DNA of 64,000 nt, taken from the NCBI GenBank assembly GCA_009914755.4, contig CP086569.2, positions 8,160,001-8,224,000 of the forward strand, written 5' to 3'. The notes beneath the pieces are model-generated. The model was given only the letters and a program-made list of their open reading frames with translations. It searched no databases and had not been told where the DNA came from. Both the position numbers and the translations under genes were made by a program. The stretch is from the human T2T-CHM13v2.0 reference genome, Homo sapiens. Each line of letters starts with the position of its first letter. Position 1 is the first letter of the stretch. Below are positions 53,201-64,000 of this stretch, piece by piece.

Positions 53201-56200
53201 ACACTGCTTCACCTTGGACTTGCCTTTGTATTGGCTATTGCATTTCCCAGAAAGACCCCAGAGTCCCAGGATAAAAAGAGGCAGTGAGGTCTAGAGTGCC
53301 ACCATCTTTCACTGACACCCATCTCTGAGGTCTTAGGTATAATTCCATCACCCAAAGAACCCTGAAAAACACAACAGACTATATTGCAATCCCCATGGGA
53401 CCTGATTCTTTCACACTCCTTTTGGGAATGGAGTCAGAAGAGCAGTTTCCTGAGACCACCTCACAGTCTCAAAACGCCTCCTCCTTTAGCTAGACCTGAC
53501 CACGAGACAACCTGAAGGGGCCCTGAGGTCAGGAGTTTCAGGGCCTCATGGTTGTTTTTTTTTTTTTCAGGAAGTTTTCCCCCGTAGCTTGCTGGCTCTT
53601 CCTGTACCATTATTTTCTGATTAGGCAGGTTGATAGCTCTGAAAGTCTGGCATCCAAACCTGCATTATGAATGCCTATGCCATAATCTGAGGGCACCTGG
53701 CTAGACTGTGAGCTCTGGCTAGTATCACAATGAATGTCACATTGCTTAGTCAAAAGTCCCTTCAGCTTGGCGGAAAAGGGGACCTCCATGGAGTTGCATT
53801 GATGTTGGACTGTTGCCTGTCTTCTTTGTGGGATCCGCGGAATCATCTCATGATCCTAAGAGAGGGCAGATATGAGTGACTCTGAAGAAACATCAATAAA
53901 AGTCCCAGAAATAAACTGTAAATCCCTAAGGATCCAAAAGTATCCACCTAATTCCTCAGGATGGCCCAGATGTTGTAGGGGTGAGTCTTTTGGAAACTTG
54001 CCCCACTCTGATTTTTATGTACAACCCTTGTGTTTTCTGGGGTTGCTTTCTGCTAGGTGGGGCTTCCTGTAGAACCACACAGCCTCAGTAGCTGCCGGGC
54101 TCTGTGTTTCTGTGAGAGTGTTGCGAGAGTTAGATGTCTATGTGTGTGTGATATTCTGTTTGTGTGTGTGTGTGTCTGTCCCTTTAAGAGGAGTCTGCTA
54201 AAAGGAATGTGGCTAACGCTGTTCAGCATGCTGCTTCTTCTTCTTCTTCTTCTTCTTCTTCTTCTTCTTCTTCTTCTTCTTCTTCTTCTTCTTCTTCTTC
54301 TTCTTCTTCTTTTTTGAGTCTTGCAACCTTCTGGTGAGCTGTCTGTGTGGCTCTTCTTGGGTTGTGGGGCTCTGTGTTCTGATTTTTTTCTGTGGACCAA
54401 GAATCTGCAATGAATTGTTAAGTATGCCAAGACATGCTGGCATCCATATGACTACCCTTGAAAAAGAAAAGCCACTCCTCTAGAAGGAAGAGAAGCACAC
54501 CACATGAAAAAAAATGCATCTCCCTGTGTTTCATTATCCTATGGCCAAACCAAGGAGAGACACTAGCAGTCCTTTCTTCAGGGCCCCTTGAATTTACCTC
54601 AAATTTGGTTCCCAGGGGAAAATGTATTTCACTCTGTGAGGGGGCACTCCTCCATCTTCTTAGGGTTTCATTCTGTGGCATAGAGTGTGAACAGCAACTA
54701 TTTCAGATAAAGGTGAGTATACAATCTGGTGAGGTGTGGATGGGTTCATGCAACTTGACCTGCAAAATAAATAAATAAAGACAGATGATGCAGAAGTTGC
54801 TTCTAATTCCATTACCACATTGCCTTAATTGCACACGCAGTCCGCATCATGGCCCAGTGTTCAGATGGAAGAACTCCAACCTTCAAGGAACATTTTATAT
54901 GCAAATCGGGGCCATGTTGGCAAACTCGTGATTTGAGGGCTTTCATACACAGAGCCAAATGGGAGTTGAATATTTTGATACTGCATAGGATGTTGCCTCC
55001 AGAGTTTCCTCTTCTTTTCTTGACTTCCATTTTCCTCCTTGGCCTAGGGTTTTCTGGGTCTGGCTCAATGACTTCCACCTTAAACATTTCCTAGTCCATG
55101 GAGAATTACACTCATGGTCATCCATTGCGTGAGTGTTTTATTCTAAACACTGTCATGTTTAATGACTGTCCAACTTTGATACTTTTATAACAATAAATTC
55201 CCATTACAGCCACCAACAAGAAAACTCTTGTCCTCCCACTTCTATCAGAGAGCTGCACAATTCCTGAAAAATGAGAAACAGGCAGCCTTGTCTGGCTTTT
55301 GCCTGGTAATTTAGCCTTTTTTTCATTTCATCTGCAGGACCGTCTCACTGGAGGGGTTCTGTCATTTGGCTGTTGCTGGATGGGACTGCCTCTCACCACA
55401 GATTATTTAGCTGCCTGGAATTTCAGAGAGCAAAAGGGACTTCAGGTAGGCTGGCTGCCCTCCAGGTTGTGGGTCATTGTCTCATTGTGTGGGCTGAAGT
55501 TGTTTGCACTTTGCAGGAGGCTTTTGGGTCCTCTGACAGAACTCAATGAATATTGCTTAGACTCCAGCACAAGGCAGCTCCTTCTCTCAAGTGAGTCTTG
55601 ATTTTTTTTTAAGCTTTCATGTTGAATCCACAGTGTCCCTCAACAGCACAACTGAACATGATTTTTAGACTTGCCATCCCCACAGATGGCATGGAGACAC
55701 TGTCTCAACCTCATCTGGATGAAGGGAGGCAGCAAGGTCAAGATCCCAACCATCTTTTGCTGATAGCTGCCTCTAGGCTATTAGGTATGATTCTCTCACC
55801 TAAACAACCCTCAACAACACATCAGACAATATTCCAATCCCCATGAGACCCAATTCTTATACACAGCCTCTTCGGGAATGGAGTCAGAAGAGTAGTTTTC
55901 AGTGACCACCTCATGGTCTCGAAATGCCTGATGCACCGGAAAGACATAACTACAGAGACAGCCTGAAGGGGCTCTGAAGTAGAGATTTTAGTGTCCCACA
56001 TTGGGTTTTCATAGGCAGTCCTTTTCCCGATAACAGGCCAGCTCTGCATGTACCATTTTCCTCTGCTTAGGCAGGCTGGCAGCTCTGAGAGTCAGGCCAC
56101 TAAGCATGCCCATACGTTAGTCTCAGGATAATCAGCTGATAGCGAGTTCTGGCTAGCTTCACATTGAAAGGAACCATGGCCTAGTGACAAATCCCTGTGG

Positions 56201-59200
56201 CTTGGGAGAAAAGGAGACCTCCGTGTAGATTTGCATCGGTGGTGGACTCTCGCCTGTCTTCTCTGTGGGATACACGGGGTAGTACTATGATTCTAGGAGA
56301 GGACAGACGTGAGCCAGCCTGAAGAAACATCAAGTACCACCCCAGGAATAAATCTTGAATTCCCTAAATATCAAAAGGATCTGCAAGATTTCTGAGGCCT
56401 GCCTACACATTTTAGGGTGAGTCTTTTTGAAACTTGCCCCACTGTGATTTCTATGTACCAGGTTGCTCTATTCAAAGTGAGGATTTCTGCAGAACCATAA
56501 AACCTCATGAGCTGAAAGAAAGTGTGTTTTTGTGAGAGTGTTGTGAGTGTTGGATATCAATGTGCTTGTTTCCTTGCATGTTTGTGGCTGTGTTTGTGTC
56601 TTTGTGTGCCTGTAAGTATAGCATGCTTAAAGAAATGTGGCTAACACACTTTAGCACTTCTTTCTTTTGTCTCCCAACCCTTTGGTGTCCTGTCTGTGTG
56701 GTTCTGCTTGACCTGCAGGGCTTTGTGTTCTTCATTTTTCTGCAGATCATGAATCCACTGTGAATTGGGAGGTAGGCTGAGACATGCTGGCATCGAAATC
56801 ACCTCCCCCTGCAAAAAAAAAAAAAAAAAAAAAAAAGCTACTTTTCTAGAAAGAAGAGGAGCACACCACACCAAAAAACCAACAACATTCAGTGCTTTAC
56901 TGTCCCTTGTCCAACCCAGGAAGAGACATTAGCAGTCCTCAGGGACCCCTTGAATTTACCTTGAATTTGTTTCTCTGTCAAGCAGGTGCTTCAAGTTGTG
57001 ATGGGGCACTCCTTCGTCATCTTGTAATTTCATCCTGGGACATAGAGTGTAAGCAACATTAAGGTAAGATAAGGATGAGGACACAATCTGGTGATTATGT
57101 TCCTGCAACTTTACCTGCAATAAATAAATAAATAAGGACAGATGACACAGAAGGTGCTTCCAACTTCATCCCAGCATTCCCTTAACTTCACAAGCAATCC
57201 ACACCATGGCCCGGTGTTCAGGTGTGATTAGACCAACATGCAAGGAACATTTGGGGTGCAAATTGGGGCCATGCTGGCAAACTCCCAATTTGAGGGCTTT
57301 CATACCCAGAGGCAAATAGGCATGGAATGGATTGATGCTGGGTGGGATGTTGTCTCCACGCTTTCCTCTTCTTTTCTTGACTTCCATGTTCCTCAATAGC
57401 CTAGGGTTTTCTGGCTCAGTGATTTCCACACTAAACATAGCCCAGTTCATTGAGACTGACCTTCCTGGGCAACCATTGTGTGAGTGTTTTTTTTGAAACA
57501 CTGCCATGTTTTAACGACTGGGAAGCTTTGATACTTTTAAAACAAATAAACTCTTGCTTTCCCACTTCTATCATAGGGCTGCATGATTCCCAAAGCAAGA
57601 GAAGCAGGCAGCTGTGTCTGGCTTTTCCTCATATCTAGCCTGTATTTCATTTCATCTGCATGGCCTTTTTATTGTAGAGGATCTCTTTCATTGTTCTGTT
57701 GCTGGATGGGTCTGCCTCTCAGCACAGATTATTTAGCTGTCAGGGATTTCAGAGAGCAAAAGGGACTTTGAGGAGTCTGGCTGTGCTCCAGGTTGTGGGT
57801 CCTTGTCTCATTTTGGGGGCAGAGGTTGTTTGCACTTTGAAGGAGGCTTTTGGATCCTCTGACAGGAATCACTAAGAATTGCTTGGACTCCAGCAAAAAG
57901 CACCTCATTCTCTCAGGCTAACTTTGATTTTTCTTGGCTTCCATGGGGAATCCACAGTGCCCTTCAACAGCACTACCAGACATGTTATTCAGGCTTACCA
58001 TCGTCACTGTCTCAACATCTTCTGCACCTGTGAGAGGCCAGCCCGAGATGTGAGAACACTGTTCCACCTTGGACTTGCCTTTGTCGTGGTTCCTGTCTTT
58101 CCCAGAGAGCCCCTGCAAGATGCAAGATGAAGGGAGACAGCTAGGTCTACAGCCCAGACATCTTTCACTGACACATGCCTCTGGGGCCTCAGGTAAGATT
58201 CTATCACCCAAAGAACCTTAAACAACACACCAGACTATATTCTAATCCCCAAGCGACCTGATTCTTGCAAACAGCCCCTTTCAGGAATGGAGAGAGAAGA
58301 GCAGTTTTCAGTGAACAATTCATAATCTCAAAACCCCTACTCCAATTGAACCAGACAAGAGAGACAGCCTGAAGGGGCCCTGAGTTGCAGAGTTTTACTG
58401 TAACGCAGTGGGTTTTCACAGGCAACTTTTTCTGCGATTCCAGATCTGCTCTTCATGTACCATTTTCCTCTGCTTAGGCAGGCTGTCAGCTCTGACAGTC
58501 AGGCACGTGAGCCTGCATCACGAATGCTAATGCACTAGTTTCAGAGCAGCAGGCATGATTGTGAGCTCTGGGTAGCCTCACAATGAATGCCACCGTTGCC
58601 TAGCGACAAGTCACTGCAGCTTGGCAAAGAATGAGAAATCCATGGAGGTGTGTAGGAGGTGGACCCTTGCCTGTCTTTTATGTGGGATGCACGGCATAGT
58701 CTCATGATCCTAGGAGAGGGCAGACATGAGCCAGACTGAAGAAATCCCAAGCAAAGCCTTAGGAATAAACCGTGAAATTTCTAAGGAACCACAAGTATCT
58801 TCAGCATTCCTCAGGCCTGCCTAGGTATTTTAGGGTTGAATGTCTTTGAAACTTTCCATACTGAGACTTCTAGGTACAGCTTGCCTGTGTTCCCTGGGGT
58901 TGCACTGTCTCAGGTGTGGCTTCCTGCAGAACTGCACAGACTCAGGAGCTGCCCAGCTGTGTTTTTCTGTGAGAATGTTGTGAAAGTTGGATGTCTGAGT
59001 ATGTGTGTGGCATAGTGTGTTTGTGTGTGTGTGTCTGTGTGTGACTGTAAGTGGAATGTGCTTAAAGGAATGTGGCTACCGCACGTCAGAGCTCCTTTTT
59101 TTTTTTTTTTTTGAGTCTTCCATCCTTTTGGTCACCTGTCTGTGTGGCTCTGCATGGGCTGTGGGGCTCTGTGTTCTTCATTTTTCTGTGGATTATGAAT

Positions 59201-62200
59201 CTGAAGTGAATTGGGAGGTGGGTGGAGACCTATCAGTGTCCAAGTCACCTCCCCCTGGAAAAAAAAAGCCACTCTTCTAGAAAGAAGAGGAGCATACCAC
59301 ATGAAAAGATAGACATCTCCCAGTGTTTTATTGTCTTGTGGCCAACCCAAGGAGAGACACTAACAATTCTGTCCAAAATTACCTCCACTTTGGTTCCCAG
59401 TTGAACAAGTGCTTCAGGTCATAAGAGGGCACTCCTCTGTTGTCTTGGGATTTCATCCTGGGACATAGAGTGTGAGCAGAAATAAGGTCAGATGGGGTGA
59501 GGATACAATTTAGTGAGGGGTGGATGGGGTCCCACAACTTTATCTGCAAAAAGAAAAGGAAGAGAGATGACAGAGAAGGTGGCTTCAACACCATCCTCAC
59601 ATTCCCATAATTGCAAAAGCAGTCCACAACATGACACAGTGTTCAGGTAAGAGTACTCCAACATTCAAGAAACATTTGGAGTATAAATTGGGGCCATCCT
59701 GGCAAACTCCCAAATTGAGGGCTTTCATACCCAGATTCAAATGGGAGTGGAATGAATTGATGCTGGGTGGGAAGTGGCCTCCACACTTGCCTTTTTTTTT
59801 TTCCTGACTTACATGTTCCTCATTGGCCTAGAGTTTCCTGGGTCTGGCTCTACGACTTCCACGCTAAACTTTTTCCAGTTAACGGAGAACCACCCTCATG
59901 AAAATCCATTGCATGAGTGTTTCCTTCTACACACTGCCACGTTTTAATACTGGGAAGCTTTGATCCTTTTAAAAACATAAATTTCCATTACAGCTGCCAA
60001 CCTCTGAGACACTGTCTCAATCTCATCTGCATGCATGAGAGGCCAGTCTGGGGTGTGAGAACACTACTTTATCTTGGACTTGCATTTGTCTAGGTTTCTG
60101 CCTTACCCAGAGAGCCTTGTGAGGCTAAGGATTAAGGAAGGCAGTGCAATAAAGTCAAGAGCCCAGGCATCTTTTGCTGACACCCACTTTTGGGGTCTCA
60201 GGTATGATTCTATCACCCAAAGAAGCCTCAACAACACACCAGACTATATTCCAATCCCTGTGGGACCCGATTCTTGCACACAGTCTCTTTTGGGAATGGA
60301 GATAGAAGGGCAGTTTCCAGCAAACACCTCACAGTCTCAAAATGCCTCCTTCTCCAGAGGAACTTGACCATGGAGACACCCAAAGTGGCCCTGAGATTGA
60401 GACTTTTAAGCTCCCAGAGTGGGTTTTCACTGGCAGCTTTTTCCTAATGCCAGGCCGGCTCTGCCTGTACCATTTTCCTCTGCTTTGGCAGGATGACAGC
60501 TCTGACAGATGGGCCCCCAAGCCTGCCTCACAAATGTATATGCCCTAGTCTCAGGGCACCAGGCCTGATTGTGCACTCTGGCTAGCATAATAATGAATGT
60601 CACCATTGCCTAGTAACAAGTCCCTGCAGCTTGCGGGAGAAGGAGACCTCTGTGGAGGTGTGTTAGCCATGTACTGTCACCTGTCTTCTCCGTGAGATCC
60701 ACTGGATACTCTCATGATCATAGGACAGGGCAGAATTGAGCCAGCCTGAAGAAATGTCAAGCACAGCCCCAGGAATAAACCAAAAAATACCTAAGAATCC
60801 AAAATTATCTTCAGGATTCCTCAGGCCCGCCTAGAAGTTGTAGGAGTGAGTCTTTTGGAAATTGTCCCACTGTAATTTTTAGGTAGAGCCCACCTCTGTT
60901 CCCTGGATTGCTCTCTTTCAGGTGGGACTTCCTAGAGAACCATGCAGCCTCAGGAGCTGCTGGGCTGTGTATTTCTGTGGCAGTGTAGTGAGTGTTGGAT
61001 GGCTGCATGTGTCTGTGGCATTGTGTGTTTGTATGTGTGTGTGTGTGATGTGCCTAAAACTGGAAACCGCTTAAAGGAATGTGGCTAATGCACTTCAGCC
61101 CTTCTTTTTGTTGAGACTGCCAATCTTTTGGTGTCCTGTCTTTGTGGATTTGCTTGAGCTGCTAGCCTCCATTTTCTTTATTTTTTCTGTGAATCAAGAA
61201 TCCACAGTGAATTGGGAGGAGGGTTGAGATCCACCGGCATTGAAATGAACTCCTTCTGCAAAAAAATCCCTTCTTCCAGATATAAAAGAAGCACACCCCG
61301 CATATATAAAAAGACATATCCCAGTGTTTCATTGCTCTGTGGCCAAACCAGGGAAAGACACTAGTAGTCCTCTCCACAGGGTCCCTTGAACTTACCTCAA
61401 ATTCAGTTTCCATCTGAGCTGGTGCTTCACATTGTGAGGGGGCACTCCGCCATCGTCTTGGAATTTCATTTTGGGACACAGAGTGTGAGCAGGAATAAGA
61501 TTAGATAGGGGAGAGGATACAATCTGGTGAGGGGTGGATGCGGTCCCTCAACTTTACCTGAAAAAAAAATGAAGGCATATGACCCAGAGGTGCTTCAAAT
61601 TCCATTCTCACATTCTCTTAATTGCAGAAGCAGTCCACCTCATGGCCTTGTGTTTTGGTTTTAGAACTTCAACATGCAAAGAATATTTGAAGTGCCAACT
61701 GGGGCCATCCTGGTAAACTCCCAATTTGAGGGCTTTCATGGAGCTAAATGGGAGTGGAATGTATTGATGCCCAGTAGGATGTGGCCTCCACACTTGACTT
61801 TTCATTTCTTGATTTCCATGTTCCTCATCAGCCTAGGGTTTTATGGGTCTGGCTCAACAACTTCCACACTAAACACTTCCTAGTTCATAAGAACAATCCT
61901 CATGGGAATCAATAGCATGAGTGTTTCCTTCTAAACACTGTCACGTTTTAATGACTGGGCAGCATTGATATTTTAAAACAGTAGATTCACTGTTAGAGCC
62001 ACCAACAAGGAAACTTATTCTCCCCGCCCCCCTTTTTATCTTTCCTGAGGGCTGCATGATTCCTGTAGGATGAGAAGCAGAAAGGCGTGTCTGGCTTTTG
62101 CCTGGTAGTCTAACCTCTGTTTCATTTCATCTGCATGGCCTTCTCATTGTGGAAGGTCTCTTTCATTGGGCTGTTACTGAATGGGACTGTTTCTTGCCAC

Positions 62201-64000
62201 AGATTATTTAGCTACCAGATATTTCAGAAAGCAATATGGGCTTTCGGGTAGGCTGGCTATGCTCCAGGTTGTGGGTTATTGACTCATTGTGGGGGCTGAG
62301 GTTGTGTGCACTTTGCAGGAGGCTTTTGTGTTTTCTGACAGTAATCATTGAACTTTGCTTGGACTTCAGCACAAGACAGCTGGCTCTCTCAGGCTTGGCT
62401 TGATTTTTCTTTGCTTTCATGAATAATCTATGTTGCCCCTCAAAAGCACTACTGAACACAATTTTCAGGCTTGCCATCACAACAGACGGCCTCTGAGACA
62501 CTGTCTCAACCGCATCTGCACCACTGCATGGCCAGTCCAAGGTGTGAGAACACTGCTCCACCTTGGACTTGCCATTGACATTGTTCCTGTCTTTCCCAGA
62601 GAGCCCCTGAAAGGCCCAGGAAGTAGGGAGTTAGTGAGCTCAAGAGCCTGTCTATCTTTGAGTGACACTTGCTTCTACTGTCTCAGGTAAGATTCTATCA
62701 CCCAAAGAACCCTCCACAACACACCACACTATATTCCTATCCTCTTGGGATTCAATTCTTGCACACAGCCTCTTGCAGATGTGGACTCAGAAGAGCAGTT
62801 TCCAGCCATGACCTCACAGTCTTGAAATGCCTGTTCCTCTTGCAGGTCCTGACCATGGAGACAGACTGAAGGGACCATGAGGTCGAGAATTTTAGGTCTC
62901 CCAGTAGGTTTTCACAGGCAGCCTTTTTCCCAATACCAGGCCACCTCTGCCTGTACCATTTGCCTCTTCTTAGGCAGGCTGACAGTTCTGACAGCCAGAC
63001 ATCCTGGCCTGTCTCACGAATGTGCATGTGCTAGTCTCAGGGCACTAGGACTGATTGTGAGCTCTGCCTAGCATCACAATGAAAGTCACTGTTTCCTAGC
63101 AAAAAGTCCCTGTGGCTTGGCAGAGAAAAAGACATCCATAGAGGTGCGTTGGCAGTGGACCCTCTTCTGTCTTCTCTGTGGGATCCATGGGATAGTCCCA
63201 CGATCCTACGAGAGGAGAAACATGAGCCAGTCTGGAGAAATCTTAAGCAGAGCCCCAGGAATACACCGCAATATTCCTAAGGATCCAAAAATACCTGCAG
63301 GATTCATCAGGCCTCCCTAGGCATTGTAGCGGTGGGTGTTTTTGAAACTTACAGCACTGTAATTTCTAGGTACAGCCTGCCTGTGTTCTCCAGGGTTGCT
63401 CTCTCCCAAGTGAGGCTTCCTGCACAACCACACAACCTCAGGAGTTTCTGGGCTGTTTGTCTCTGTGGGAGTGTTGAGAATATTGGATGTCTGCATGTGT
63501 GTGCGGCATTATCTGTGTGAGTGTGTGTGTGTGTATGTGTGTGTGTGGCAGTAAGTGGAGTCAGCTTAAAGAAGTGCAGCTAATGTACTTCAGTGCTTAT
63601 TTTATTTCAATCTCTTAACCTTTTGGTGGCAGGTCTGTGTTGCTCTGCTTGGGCTGCAGGACCCCTAGTCCTTTATTTTTCAGCGAATCATGAATCCAGT
63701 GTAAATTGAGAGGCAGGCTGAGACCCGCTGGCATTGAAATCACCTCCCGTTGCAAAAAAAGCCACTCTTCTAGAAATAAGAGGAGGATACCATACCAAAA
63801 AACAAATATCTCCCAGTGTTTTATTGCCCTGTAATCAACCCAGGGAAAGACACTAGCAGTCCTGCCTGCAGGGCCCTTTGAACTTACCTCAAATTCGGTT
63901 CCCAGCTGAGCAAGTGCTTCACATCATGAGGGGGCACTTCACAATTGTCTTAGGATTTCATCCTCGAATATAGAGTGTGAGCAGCAATAAGGTCAGATAG
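41165..64000. repeat. Tandem macrosatellite array, distal part, continuing past the window end. It holds the remainder of the split unit and units at 43279-45756, 45757-48180, 48181-50661, 50662-52145 (rearranged, 1.48 kb), 52146-54701, 54702-57061, 57062-59485, 59486-61499 (carries a ~480-bp deletion), 61500-63989, and 63990 onward (partial).
   Basis: The same landmark recurs at 43279, 45757, 48181, 50662, 52146, 54702, 57062, 59486, 61500 and 63990. Periods are 2478, 2424, 2481, 1484, 2556, 2360, 2424, 2014 and 2490 bp. Units are collinear and head-to-tail on one strand. Confidence 0.92.
54233..54316. repeat. (CTT)n microsatellite, ~28 repeats, inside one macrosatellite unit
   Basis: gctgcttcttcttcttctt...cttcttcttttttgag. 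In the other units this position is a short poly-T (cagtgcttcttttttttgagtctccc). It is the source of the poly-L / poly-K / poly-R ORFs at 54053-54443. Confidence 0.95.

Noticed and set aside
54053-54443. 125-aa ORF with an (RRR)n run, 86-aa poly-Leu ORF and 76-aa poly-Lys ORF.
   Set aside because: Artefacts of the (CTT)n microsatellite inside a macrosatellite unit.

Overview
This window is primate (human or great ape) nuclear DNA. It carries a young AluY, older Alu S/J copies, L1PA-type LINE-1 3' ends, a MaLR LTR and a gammaretrovirus-like HERV provirus. I see no prokaryotic-style operons, CRISPR arrays, rRNA or tRNA genes, and no convincing cellular protein-coding exon.

Left part (1 to ~20.3 kb): AT-rich unique DNA with the usual interspersed repeats. 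There are five Alu copies (one young AluY with 15-bp target-site duplications), a MaLR LTR, and a deleted L1 3' fragment. There is a 425-bp (TTCC/TTTC)n polypyrimidine tract, (CA)n and (GAAGGA)n microsatellites, and a 4.6-kb GC-rich block at 9.1-13.7 kb with long overlapping ORFs on both strands that are probably non-coding.

Right part (~20.36 kb to the window end, continuing beyond): a head-to-tail macrosatellite with a ~2.45-kb unit. About 16 units are visible and they are 10-20% diverged, so the array is old and poorly homogenised. Several units carry internal deletions, duplications and a small inverted patch.

One unit is split by a ~9.6-kb class-I (HERV-E-like) provirus with a tRNA-Glu primer-binding site and the order LTR-gag-pol-env-LTR. 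Its two LTRs are unusually divergent. Its pol gene in turn carries a twin-primed (5'-inverted) L1 insertion flanked by a 14-bp target-site duplication. This is a three-level nest: macrosatellite, then ERV, then L1.

The macrosatellite is the most interesting object in the window. I cannot assign it to a named family from memory (SST1 or similar should be checked).
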